64,000 bases of DNA from an uncultured delta proteobacterium. GTDB taxonomy: Bacteria > Desulfobacterota > Desulfomonilia > UBA1062. A model generated the notes under the pieces. The model made no database searches. It saw only the letters and a list, made by a program, of their open reading frames with translations, and was not told the DNA's origin. Below are positions 40,097 to 49,733 of the stretch, one piece after another. The stretch lies in contig CAWCTR010000014.1 of assembly GCA_963798485.1 (NCBI GenBank), positions 224,001-288,000 of the forward strand, written 5' to 3'. Position 1 is the first letter of the stretch. Each line of letters begins with the position of its first letter. Position numbers and translations under genes: made by a program.

Positions 40097-41548
40097 CTAG
40101 CCACCTTTTTCTACTTCAATGTTTACCATCACCATGGGTATTTGGTTGTCTTTGAATAATATATTGCTAGGGTATATGATTTTCACATTTATGGAATGAG
40201 AAACAGTAAACCCCGATAGATCAATGGGTTCGGTTGTTATAAAGATCTTACTCTCTTGTAACGAAGAGGGTGCAAGAACCACAACCGAATCCGGAGTTAC
40301 ACTAAGACCCTTGAGTACATACCCCTGAGGAAGGTGGCCGACTGTATCAATATTGATAGGGACCTTCCTCGGGACAAGTCGATGGGCAGCGATTGTAATT
40401 TTATCTGGATGAATCTTCATGAGCATCATATTTGAGGGAATGTCCACCATGTTCTCCGTGAGCTTGATGGTCTGTCTCCCCTCTGCCAATGAAGAGAGGT
40501 CTATGGATACCTTGAGGGTTTTGGGGTCAAGAAGACTGAAAGCTTGTGATGAACCCATCAAAGTCAGCGTAGCCTCATTAACTTTTGATTCTTCGGTTTC
40601 CAATTCATGGGATATATTTTGGTATACGATGGGGACGACATAATCCTGTTGTAGCGATTCCTTTTGGTATCCAAATACCAACCAAAGCCCGAGAGCGAGC
40701 ACGATTGCTAAAAACTTTTCTGCGGTATTTTGTCTGAACCAATAGCCCGAGAGTTTCCTGGTCTGCGCAATCAGCTTGTCCTCATAGTATTTCTCAATTA
40801 TAGTGCTGAGTTCTGTTGGGTTATTTAAGCACGTGAGCTCTCTGTTTAAAGCAACGGTGATGGTCCCTCTCTCTTCTGAAACAATAATGCATAGGGCATC
40901 GCTGCGCTCTGATAGTCCAAGGGCAGCTGTATGCCTCAGGCCAAGCACACCGAATTTCTCCGCATTAAGCGACAGGGGGAGATGGCACCCGAACCTTGCA
41001 ACGGTGTCTTTGTTGATGATGACCGCCCCGTCATGACCGACCGAGTGGACATCGAATATGCTTTCAAGAAGTGGTTTCGTTACCACTCCGCCAAGGGGGT
41101 ATCCACCTTTCATATGTCTCTCAAGTGGGTCCTGGCCCTGTAGAACGATGAGGGCACCGGTCTTTTTCAATGCAAACTCAGCTACACTCTCAATGATGGC
41201 CTCTATCATGCTGTTGTGAGCAGTATCCCTCTCTTTAGGAAACTTGCCAAAATATCGTAAGGATGCAATACGCTCGAAGAATCTCCTGATGTCCTCCTGA
41301 AAAATCACTACAAGCGCGATAATGAGAACCGTGAAGAAACCCTGAAGTGCAACAGTCGTGAGGTAAAGATTGAAAAGACGAGCAAGGATGTAGACACCTC
41401 CTAGAATGCTGATCCCCACAAAAACGAGGCGATACGCAGTAGTCTTGAACCAGATGAGGAGAAAGTAAATTAACGAGGTTATGATGAGTACGTCAAAGAA
41501 GTCCTGGATTCGGAAACTTTTGATAAAAGAAAAAACGATGCTTTTCAT
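40097..41548 (-). CDS. Diadenylate cyclase (CdaA-type) fused to YbbR domains
   Basis: 3 TM, FQEDIRR, GALIV, HDGA, GLRHTAALG, VSEE, then a TM helix and YbbR-like repeats. Confidence 0.85.
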   Translation of the reverse strand: MKSIVFSFIKSFRIQDFFDVLIITSLIYFLLIWFKTTAYRLVFVGISILGGVYILARLFNLYLTTVALQGFFTVLIIALVVIFQEDIRRFFERIASLRYFGKFPKERDTAHNSMIEAIIESVAEFALKKTGALIVLQGQDPLERHMKGGYPLGGVVTKPLLESIFDVHSVGHDGAVIINKDTVARFGCHLPLSLNAEKFGVLGLRHTAALGLSERSDALCIIVSEERGTITVALNRELTCLNNPTELSTIIEKYYEDKLIAQTRKLSGYWFRQNTAEKFLAIVLALGLWLVFGYQKESLQQDYVVPIVYQNISHELETEESKVNEATLTLMGSSQAFSLLDPKTLKVSIDLSSLAEGRQTIKLTENMVDIPSNMMLMKIHPDKITIAAHRLVPRKVPINIDTVGHLPQGYVLKGLSVTPDSVVVLAPSSLQESKIFITTEPIDLSGFTVSHSINVKIIYPSNILFKDNQIPMVMVNIEVEKGG

Positions 41549-41574
41549 AAATAGTATGTGAACCCTTTTGATAT

Positions 41575-42066
41575 TCAGTTCAAAACCCAGTTCATCAGGA
41601 TACAATCAATAATGGCCCTGGCATTCTCTTTCACGCACGGGTCCATGGTGCTTCCCAGACGCGCGCACCGGATCTGAATGCCCACCAAATGAACCTCGCA
41701 GCTTAAGTCTTCCTCTATGAGCTGCGCGATAACCGTGATGGGAAAACGGTGCGTACTCAACGGTGCCTCATGCACGCGTGAATGGGAGAACGTCCGCACT
41801 TCGCCGGGCATGCCGTTGAAATCGGCGGCATCGATGATGACGGTCTTAGCGGGACGTGCCTCAAGTACACGGTGAAAGATCCTCTCAGGGCTGTCTCCGG
41901 CATTGATGATGATGATATTATCATGATCCGCAGGGAGATTTTCCGCTATGAAAACCCCGGCCCCGTCGTCTCCCCGCAGTGAATTACCCACCAGGACATA
42001 TGCCGTCCGGCCTGCATGGGCCGGGAGGAGTGCATTCCTTACCTCTTGGGACAGACTCTGGTTCAT
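41575..42066 (-). CDS. Hydrogenase maturation protease (HycI-like)
   Basis: VGNSLRGDDGAG, IDAA, STH. Confidence 0.9.
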   Translation of the reverse strand: MNQSLSQEVRNALLPAHAGRTAYVLVGNSLRGDDGAGVFIAENLPADHDNIIIINAGDSPERIFHRVLEARPAKTVIIDAADFNGMPGEVRTFSHSRVHEAPLSTHRFPITVIAQLIEEDLSCEVHLVGIQIRCARLGSTMDPCVKENARAIIDCILMNWVLN

Positions 42067-43391
42067 GAATTTTCGAATCTCACATCCAGGAAATGCGCCG
42101 AACATGAGATGCAGGGATCATAGGCCCTCACCAGCATCTCCAGGGCGAGGGTGATCTCCTGCTCCGTCTTGTCAAGGATGCCGGGAACCAGGCTCTTCAT
42201 GTCTTGTTCGATGTTGTTGATGTTCTGGGCGGTCGGGATAATGCAGTTGGCGTTTTTTATCATTCCCTTTCCGTCCGTCTCATAGTTGTGATACAGGGTG
42301 CCGCGCGGGGCCTCGACGGCGCCCACACCGTTTCCTGCCCTTACCGGCAGGGTGTGCTTTTCATTCAGGCCCACGAGCATCAGTTCCTCCTGTTTAATAC
42401 CATGCTCCATGAAGTATTCGATGATGCCGATAGCATGGTCGAGGCAGTGGACGCATTCAATGAGCTGGGCCACGGTATTGAGGTACGGATTGTGAACAGG
42501 CGGTTTGTACCCGGCTGCATTGGCAACCATCTTGGCGCCTGCACAGAGCTTGTTAAAATTCAGGTTCGTCCTGGCCAAGGCGCCGACGGCATAAGATTCC
42601 CTGCTTAATCTCGCATACTTCGCAGAAGAGTGCTCGACAATGAATTCATTCGCCACCTTTTTATAGTCCTTCTTGTGCAGGCGTTTCCCGTCCGACGACC
42701 CGATGTCACCTGTGAGCAGGGGGTAGCCGGGCCCGTCATTCACGAGCCCCACATATTCGGTTTCCCTTTCGAATTCAGGAAACCTGAGCTGAAGCGCAAG
42801 GTCCACCGTTGCATCCATGTCGGGCTGCATGCCCATAAGGAGAGAGTGCATGGACTCGAGGTCTTTTGCATGGGGAAGCTTCGTGAAGCCGCCTACGATG
42901 CATGAGATGGGGTGGATATGCCTGCCCACAAGTATGTCGCACACGTCATTGCAGGTCTTCTTCATGCGCAGCGCCCTTCTTACAACCTTGGGGTGCGTGT
43001 CGATGAGGGGCACGAAACTCTTGACGCCGAGCAGGTCGGGCGCGGCAAGCAGGTATATGTGGAGGATATGGCTGTCCAGGATCTCCATGTCCAGCAGGAG
43101 CTCGCGCAGCTTGGTTGTCTGATCGGTCGGCTCGATGCCCAGGGCATCCTCCGCTGCCTGGACGGATGCCAGCGTATGGGCACATGCGCAGATGCCGCAG
43201 ATCCTGGAGGTGATGTGCTGGGCCTCGAATATGGACCTGCCCCTGAGCATGCCTTCGAAGAAACGGGGCGCTTCGACGATTTCCAGGTTGCATTTTTTGA
43301 GCACTCCGTTTGTTACGTCCACCACGATGTTCCCGTGTCCTTCCACCCTGGTCAGATATTCGACGTTCACCGAGATGTTTTTATGCGCCAT
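42063..43391 (-). CDS. Group 3b [NiFe]-hydrogenase large (alpha) subunit
   Basis: RVEGH, RICGIC, EAPRG, DPCISCSAH. Confidence 0.9.
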   Translation of the reverse strand: MAHKNISVNVEYLTRVEGHGNIVVDVTNGVLKKCNLEIVEAPRFFEGMLRGRSIFEAQHITSRICGICACAHTLASVQAAEDALGIEPTDQTTKLRELLLDMEILDSHILHIYLLAAPDLLGVKSFVPLIDTHPKVVRRALRMKKTCNDVCDILVGRHIHPISCIVGGFTKLPHAKDLESMHSLLMGMQPDMDATVDLALQLRFPEFERETEYVGLVNDGPGYPLLTGDIGSSDGKRLHKKDYKKVANEFIVEHSSAKYARLSRESYAVGALARTNLNFNKLCAGAKMVANAAGYKPPVHNPYLNTVAQLIECVHCLDHAIGIIEYFMEHGIKQEELMLVGLNEKHTLPVRAGNGVGAVEAPRGTLYHNYETDGKGMIKNANCIIPTAQNINNIEQDMKSLVPGILDKTEQEITLALEMLVRAYDPCISCSAHFLDVRFENS

Positions 43392-44133
43392 CTTCGTCCA
43401 GCTCTCTGCATTTATTATACATGTCCATCTTTTTCATCACCAGGTCCAGCGGTATCTTGTACATTTCAATTACATCCTTCATGGCATTCTCGGCAGGATT
43501 GGTCACCATGCCCCGGCATCCGTAACAGATGTTGCCATGGTTGATGCACCATGAATTGCACCCGGCCTTGGTGACCGGGCCCAGGCAGGTGACGCCCCGG
43601 TCGTACATGCAGACATTCTCGTTGAGCTTGCATTCGACGCACACTGCCTTGTCCGGCACATGGTAGGGGACGCCTAAAAGGGCCGATTTCAAAACCTCGA
43701 TGAACTCTGGCTGGTAGATGGGACACCCGTTCACGAAGTAATCCACGTCCACCACCTGGTGGACGGCCCTGGTCTTTATCGTCGGGAAGAATGCATGGTC
43801 CTTGCCGTAGACATAATGTCTGATATCCTTAAGATCGAAATTGTTCTTCATCCCGTTCACGCCGCCTATGGTTGCGCATGATCCGTATGCCATGATGATC
43901 TTTGAACGCTCCCGGATCTTTTTGATGCGCTCCACTGCATGCTCGGTGGTGATGCTCCCCTCGATGATGGAGATATCATAATTCTTGTCCCATTTCTCGG
44001 ACATGACCTCCCGGAATTCCACCAGATCGATGGATCCGATGATATCGAGCAGCATCTCCCCGAAGTTTGCCACCTGCAGTTGGCACCCTTCACAACAGGC
44101 GAAATCGAAAAAGGCCACTTTCGGTTTGATCAT
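43381..44133 (-). CDS. Group 3b hydrogenase small (delta) subunit
   Basis: CCEGC, GSCA, GCP, VC.EC, CLGPVT, CYGC. Confidence 0.9.
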   Translation of the reverse strand: MIKPKVAFFDFACCEGCQLQVANFGEMLLDIIGSIDLVEFREVMSEKWDKNYDISIIEGSITTEHAVERIKKIRERSKIIMAYGSCATIGGVNGMKNNFDLKDIRHYVYGKDHAFFPTIKTRAVHQVVDVDYFVNGCPIYQPEFIEVLKSALLGVPYHVPDKAVCVECKLNENVCMYDRGVTCLGPVTKAGCNSWCINHGNICYGCRGMVTNPAENAMKDVIEMYKIPLDLVMKKMDMYNKCRELDEDGA

Positions 44134-44976
44134 TCAGATTGCCCCCCGCAGGTTTTTTATCCGGTTGTAGCGGAAGACGGGTCCGTCCTGGCAGCAGTAG
44201 ATGTTGTGGATCTGGCAGTGGCCGCACTTCCCCAGGCCGCACTTCATGTGCCTTTCCAGGGAAACCAGGATCTGGTCCTCCGGGACGCCCTTTGCGAGCA
44301 ATTCCTTAATGACGAATTTGTACATCACCGGCGGCCCGACAATGATGCCGAAGGTATAGTGGGGGTTGATGGTTTCTTCGGGTATCAGCGTGGTTATCAC
44401 ACCCACATGGCCCTTCCAGTCCGGGTCGGCCTTGTCCACGGTGCATTGAAAGCTGACATCGATCCGTTTGCCCCACTGGTCCACCTCATCTCCGAAAAGG
44501 ATGCTCTGGGGCGTGTTGCAGCCCAGGAGGATGGAAACCTTTCCAAAGTCGCGCCGGTTATCGATGACGTAGTTGATCAGGGAGCGCAATGGGGCAAGCC
44601 CGAGGCCGCCCGCGATCATGAGGAGGTCGTTCCCTTCCAGGATACTCACCGGGAAACCTTTCCCGTAGGGGCCGCGGATACCGATCTCGTCACCCACTTC
44701 CAAGCCGTGCATGACGGAAGTCAGCTTGCCTATCTTTCTGACGCACAGTTCGAAGCTCCCGCGGAGTGTGGGAGAGGAACATACGGAAATAGGTGCCTCC
44801 CCGGCATCCAGGATGGACACCTCGACAAACTGCCCCGGTTCATGGTCCAGATACTCCCCATTGTTGAAGCGGATCTCGAACAGCTGCTCTTTGTCCGTCA
44901 GGACCTTTTTGCGGATGATCTTTGCCGGTTTTATCTCGTATGCGGAGTCCCTGATCACTACCTTTTCCAGGCTCAT
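44134..44976 (-). CDS. Group 3b hydrogenase gamma subunit (FAD/NAD, 2Fe-2S)
   Basis: PGQF, RGPYG, AGGLGLAP, MKCGLGKCGHC. Confidence 0.9.
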   Translation of the reverse strand: MSLEKVVIRDSAYEIKPAKIIRKKVLTDKEQLFEIRFNNGEYLDHEPGQFVEVSILDAGEAPISVCSSPTLRGSFELCVRKIGKLTSVMHGLEVGDEIGIRGPYGKGFPVSILEGNDLLMIAGGLGLAPLRSLINYVIDNRRDFGKVSILLGCNTPQSILFGDEVDQWGKRIDVSFQCTVDKADPDWKGHVGVITTLIPEETINPHYTFGIIVGPPVMYKFVIKELLAKGVPEDQILVSLERHMKCGLGKCGHCQIHNIYCCQDGPVFRYNRIKNLRGAI

Positions 44977-46007
44977 ATGCCCACCTTTTTCAACGAGGTG
45001 ATCGTTTCCTTCAGGTTGATTTTTGCCATGCAGGTTCTGCTGCATCTCCCGCATCCGGTGCAGTAGAACCGGTTGAACCGGTCGTTATGGTACTTGAATT
45101 TCCGGTAGAAACGGTGACGCAGCCTGTCGCTTCGCTCACCCCTGAAACTCTCGCCGCTTGCTATCTTGGCAAAGGGTTCATTCTGGCATGAATCCCACAC
45201 ACGCACCCTCCTGCCCGTCTTCAGATCCAAGTTCGGGATATCCATGACATCGAAGCAGTAACACGTGGGACACACGTTCGTGCAGTTGCCGCATGATACG
45301 CATCTTTCCCCGATCTCCTTCCATACGCCGTGATCGAACCCCCTATCGAACAAGGCCGGGATTTCATTCCTGTCGACATCCACCTCATTCCTGAAAATGT
45401 GCCTTTTCTTCACCCTCAGGTCTTCAAGGGCCTTGAGATGAGGTGAACGTGCTTCCTTGATGAAGTTCATTTTCTCTATCAGGGCATCGCCGGTCTCGGT
45501 CTGAATGTGGATGAGATAGTCGTCCCCGATGTCGGTGAAAAAGAGGTCGTACCCGCCGAAGGGGATATGATTGCCCATGAGCGCACAGCTTGCATAGCCG
45601 TCACAGTAATCGTTGCACTCGAATCCCATGATGATCAGTTTGTTCTTCCTGAAGAGATAGTGGAGATCCTTGGGTCTGTCGGACAGGACGATGTTCAGGC
45701 ACTGGATCCCCGCCAGGTCGCAGGTATGGACCGCGAAGAGAACCAAGGGTTCATATTCCACGACCACCTTTGTCTTCGGGCTTTCGTTGAGGTCGTACTC
45801 GATCAGCGTCTCATACTGGGGCATGAAGTACTTCTTGGGTGGTATGATGGTGGGTATATACTCCATTGAGATCTGATCAGCGGACGCTACCTCTTCAAAG
45901 GCGTAATTGTTGTATCCCTTGTGAACAGGGGCGACCACTTTCTGTTTCGCGGAGAGCTGTACAATGAAACTGTTCAACTGTTTTTTTTCCAATACCACAT
46001 AGTTCAT
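44973..46007 (-). CDS. Group 3b hydrogenase beta subunit (4Fe-4S)
   Basis: CVSCGNCTNVCPTCYC, CTGCGRCSRTC. Confidence 0.9.
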   Translation of the reverse strand: MNYVVLEKKQLNSFIVQLSAKQKVVAPVHKGYNNYAFEEVASADQISMEYIPTIIPPKKYFMPQYETLIEYDLNESPKTKVVVEYEPLVLFAVHTCDLAGIQCLNIVLSDRPKDLHYLFRKNKLIIMGFECNDYCDGYASCALMGNHIPFGGYDLFFTDIGDDYLIHIQTETGDALIEKMNFIKEARSPHLKALEDLRVKKRHIFRNEVDVDRNEIPALFDRGFDHGVWKEIGERCVSCGNCTNVCPTCYCFDVMDIPNLDLKTGRRVRVWDSCQNEPFAKIASGESFRGERSDRLRHRFYRKFKYHNDRFNRFYCTGCGRCSRTCMAKINLKETITSLKKVGI

Positions 46008-46230
46008 CTTACTTCCTTAATCCGGGGTTACGGATCATTTTCTTTAAACACCCGCTAAAACTATACTGTTTATTATTATAAGAGACCGTGACATGCAGGC
46101 AAGGGGTGTATCAGTGTTTGAAAAGTGCATGGAGCCGGCCCTGGTTATTACCAGGAGGTATTGACTATGTCGATTTGCAGGCTATTTACGCTATGAACAT
46201 ACATGAGCAAAACTCGAAAGGAGTTCTCTT

Positions 46231-46902
46231 ATGAAAAAAGTTGCATTAATTCTTCCTTCTCTCATAGCACTCCTTATATGTTGTTCCTCCTTATCAGCAG
46301 CTGATGTAAATAAAGAAACGAACAACAACTTATCGCTCAATCAGGCATTGCAGGAGATCATGAAAGCCCAAGGTGTTAATGATGTTAAATCCATTGATTG
46401 CAGCAAAGTGACGGAAAAGCAGCTGCAAGTTCTTGGTGATGCGTTCATGGATATTATGCACCCGGATTCTGCAGAGCATGATTTCATGGACAGGATGATG
46501 GGCGGTAAAGACTCGCCGACACTGGAATCGATGCATAGGATTATGGGTGCCCGGTATCTGGGCTGTTATGGAGGAGATGAGTCATTCGGCATGATGTATC
46601 CATTTTGGGGCGGGAGGGGTTACGGAAATGGGGCTGGAAATTATAACAGGAGGTGGCCGCCGATGATGTACGGGTATGGCCCTTATGGTCAATGGGGAAT
46701 GATGGGCACTTATGGAGGAATTTACATGTGGATCCTATTTCTTATAATACTTGCTTTCGTTGTCTACCTGGTGGTGAGATGGACAAAACCTGCAGGAGCC
46801 GGTACGGGTGAATCGCCACTCGACATTCTCAAGAAGAGGTATGCCCGCGGCGAGATCACAAAGGATGAGTTCGAGCAGAAGAAAAAAGATCTCGGCCTGT
46901 AA
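46231..46902 (+). CDS. Met/His/Gly-rich membrane protein with SHOCT domain
   Basis: Signal peptide, H..MD.MMGG, TM helix, LDILKKRYARGEI..EF. Confidence 0.8.
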   Translation: MKKVALILPSLIALLICCSSLSAADVNKETNNNLSLNQALQEIMKAQGVNDVKSIDCSKVTEKQLQVLGDAFMDIMHPDSAEHDFMDRMMGGKDSPTLESMHRIMGARYLGCYGGDESFGMMYPFWGGRGYGNGAGNYNRRWPPMMYGYGPYGQWGMMGTYGGIYMWILFLIILAFVVYLVVRWTKPAGAGTGESPLDILKKRYARGEITKDEFEQKKKDLGL

Positions 46903-46963
46903 GAAACCGGAGCCTGTTTCCGTGCCTTGGGTATAATGGTGCATATGTATTCCAGGGAGATGT

Positions 46964-47350
46964 ATGAAATACTATTTCAGTAAAACCCTCGACATTCACT
47001 TTGATGAAACGGTTTCAAGAGTTATGGATGAGCTGAAAAAAGAGGGTTTTGGAGTTCTCACTGATATCGATGTTCAGAAGACATTGAAGAACAAGCTTGA
47101 TGTCGACTTCAAGAAGTACAGGATCCTAGGCGCCTGCAACCCGCACTTTGCTTACAAGGCCCTGCTTGCAGAGGACAAGATCGGCACCATGCTTCCCTGC
47201 AATGTCATAGTACGAGAAGCTGAGGGTGATAAGGTCGAGGTCGCTGCCATCAATCCTATCACTTCCATGCAGGTAGTCCAAAACTCTTCACTAGGAGAGA
47301 TCGCTGCACAGGTTCAGGCTAAACTGAAAAAGGTAATAGATTCCTTATAA
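46964..47350 (+). CDS. DUF302 protein
   Basis: EGFGVL, ILGACNP, LPCN. Confidence 0.9.
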   Translation: MKYYFSKTLDIHFDETVSRVMDELKKEGFGVLTDIDVQKTLKNKLDVDFKKYRILGACNPHFAYKALLAEDKIGTMLPCNVIVREAEGDKVEVAAINPITSMQVVQNSSLGEIAAQVQAKLKKVIDSL

Positions 47351-47367
47351 TTTTAGCATCTACATAT

Positions 47368-47823
47368 TTAATAGACGGATTTCATCCACCCTGTTTGTTT
47401 GTTAACCATGAGTTTATCCACAAGCGAACCATCTTTGGTGACGATCTCCGCCTCGAAGTATTTATCGTTATCAGTGATTTTTCCACTCTTGAGATTAGGA
47501 TTCCCCATGGTGGTAAGATAATGTTCCACAAGCACCTTTGCCTGATCCATCGTTATGGGTTGTCCGGAACGGTTGTAACTACGATGTCCGTAGCCTGGTC
47601 CGGACCCCATCATGCCTCCTTGTCCCCAACCAGGACCTCCGCTCCAGTCTCCACGATTCCACATCATTCCCGGCCCCATGCCGTCTTGACCGGCCCATGG
47701 GCAGAACCAGCCTTGATCTTGAGAAGGAGTAGGCCCACCCTTTTCATCAGCGAAAGAGAGCTGGAAGGCACCAATCGCCAAGGTAACTAAGAGTGCTAGA
47801 CCAAACATTTTTGTTATCTTCAT
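47368..47823 (-). CDS. Periplasmic Gly/Met-rich protein with PepSY-like C-terminus
   Basis: Signal peptide, GMGPGMM, VDKLMVNKQTGWM. Confidence 0.7.
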   Translation of the reverse strand: MKITKMFGLALLVTLAIGAFQLSFADEKGGPTPSQDQGWFCPWAGQDGMGPGMMWNRGDWSGGPGWGQGGMMGSGPGYGHRSYNRSGQPITMDQAKVLVEHYLTTMGNPNLKSGKITDNDKYFEAEIVTKDGSLVDKLMVNKQTGWMKSVY

Positions 47824-47996
47824 AGATTCCTCCTTTGAGCAAATTAACAATGAATAGGGGTTAATGATGAGAAAACAAGATTCAACATTGATTTATCTCA
47901 TATCAATGTTATATTCTGTAAACTAAACAATGTACTCAATCGTCTGTATATAGAAGACAACATAATGGAATTATCAATAAAGAGATCGGAGTTGTA

Positions 47997-48281
47997 ATGA
48001 AAAGGATATTGATAACTCTCAGTGTCCTTTTGCTGTTCTCTGCCGTATGCCTTTCATCTCAAGCCACAAAATCTGTAAAAGCAATGCCTTATGCAAACAC
48101 CGCTTACAAGGCCTCTCTCGTCAATAACATGAAAGGCAGCGTTGAGGAAGCTCCCTTAGCCATACTTGGTCCAGAAACCAGCGCTGTAATAATAATTGCA
48201 AAAAATGAACAGAGATACGTTGTGTCATCATGGTCAGCTCAACCACTATCTACCTTATATGCAAGACCACCCCCTTTCTAA
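47997..48281 (+). CDS. 94-aa secreted protein ending RPPP; candidate arrest peptide, copy 2
   Basis: Signal peptide; C-terminus TLYARPPPF; gapless paralog of the 22558 ORF. Confidence 0.75.
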   Translation: MKRILITLSVLLLFSAVCLSSQATKSVKAMPYANTAYKASLVNNMKGSVEEAPLAILGPETSAVIIIAKNEQRYVVSSWSAQPLSTLYARPPPF

Positions 48282-48466
48282 AATTACCTGAGATCAATCT
48301 TCAAGTACTGGATATCGGCATTATTCTCAGGTATTCAGTCATCAATAGCCTGAAGTCTGAAATGTAAAGTTACTACATTAGGCCATTGATGATCAGGGGG
48401 TTTATAACCAGGACAGTAATAGCCACCTTCATATGCATAAAATAAATACCTGAATGGAGGTTGCCC

Positions 48467-48904
48467 ATGAAAAATTCATGGCTATTTATACTTGTTTTCA
48501 TGGTTCTAGGTATAGAAGTGATTCTTCTGTATGGTGCTAAGAATATTGTTGATAAAGCAGATGAGGATAATACCTATATTCAACAAGTGGTCACACAACC
48601 AATCCTTTCCGCCCCAACAATAAAAGCAGATGTATCTGCTCCAAAGCAAAGCCTGGCAGATGGGACAGTGGCTCCAGGAACTAATGAAATCCATTTCGAT
48701 TCTGTCATGCCCTATCTCGAGCCTGATGTGCCGGATATATTGAATCCAAAGATGTTCTTCCTCAAGTCATCTCCTGATTTTAAAATTCAGGTCAAACAAA
48801 GTCCTGCCAGTAAAAATACTGGGGGAGAATACCCCTCACGTGGTGACCGGAGAGATAGGACGTACCATAACTATCTTGCTGAGTCGAGGGTTGAGAGAAA
48901 ATAA
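48467..48904 (+). CDS. Degenerate Pal/OmpA-C-like protein
   Basis: IHFD...L...IL..K..FLK...GDRR.....NYL aligns with Pal at 23013; lipobox Cys and C-terminal part lost. Confidence 0.65.
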   Translation: MKNSWLFILVFMVLGIEVILLYGAKNIVDKADEDNTYIQQVVTQPILSAPTIKADVSAPKQSLADGTVAPGTNEIHFDSVMPYLEPDVPDILNPKMFFLKSSPDFKIQVKQSPASKNTGGEYPSRGDRRDRTYHNYLAESRVERK

Positions 48905-48937
48905 CCCTTATCCATATCCTTCTTTCGAGGTGAAACC

Positions 48938-49246
48938 ATGATAGAAAATAATTCACAAGGTTTAAAAAGTCATCATATCCTCTCTACTTCATCAAATTTG
49001 CTGGGGATATGTTTTTTGATTTTCAATATAATAAGGGTATCAAAAATGCACGAAAAGACCTTGCTTGATACTATATGCTTGGTCCCAATGCTCCTGTTCA
49101 TGGCAGCGAGCATATTTTCATATGTTTCGATTCGTTCTTCGACAAATCAAGTTTCCTATGAACAGTGTGCGGATATGATATTCATTGGCGCTTTATGTTC
49201 TTTGTGCGTGATTACAATAGTGTCTGTTCTTGGGTTAGTCTATTAG
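48938..49246 (+). CDS. Small 3-TM membrane protein
   Basis: HILSTSSNLLGICF plus three hydrophobic segments. Confidence 0.7.
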   Translation: MIENNSQGLKSHHILSTSSNLLGICFLIFNIIRVSKMHEKTLLDTICLVPMLLFMAASIFSYVSIRSSTNQVSYEQCADMIFIGALCSLCVITIVSVLGLVY

Positions 49247-49271
49247 TGGCATTAAACATACAAAGACAAGC

Positions 49272-49733
49272 TTAAGTGCGAAATAATCTATCCAGACTCT
49301 TAAAGGCTTGTGTGAGATTTTCCTTGGCCTTTTCCGACAGCCCTTCCCCATGCTCGAAGTCATAGCCTCGTATGGCAAGGAGCCAGGCCTCGGGGCAGGT
49401 ATGGTAGAGCACCTCGGTCAGCGCAAGGATACCCCCGCAGGTGATCTGGTGGAACAGGGGCAATGTCGAAGCTTCAGGGAAGACCCTGCTGAGCTTGACA
49501 GGATCCCCTTTAACGGCCGCGTCCACGAACACGACCATGTCGTATTGGCTAAGTGTTTCTGCCAGCTCAGGGTATATGCCGCCAACCAGCAGCACATCGG
49601 CGCCCGGCAACGTTGATCGTTCGACGAGGCGTATCCCTACGCCGTCGTCCCTGCGGTACTCGTTGCCGACACCGACAACAAGCCTTTTCTTATGATCGCT
49701 TCCGGGCGTCAACGAGGTTTCCTGCATGATCAT
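49272..49733 (-). CDS. Hydrogenase maturation protease (HoxW-like)
   Basis: GVGN..RRDDGVG, FVDA, GEGLS. Confidence 0.85.
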   Translation of the reverse strand: MIMQETSLTPGSDHKKRLVVGVGNEYRRDDGVGIRLVERSTLPGADVLLVGGIYPELAETLSQYDMVVFVDAAVKGDPVKLSRVFPEASTLPLFHQITCGGILALTEVLYHTCPEAWLLAIRGYDFEHGEGLSEKAKENLTQAFKSLDRLFRT

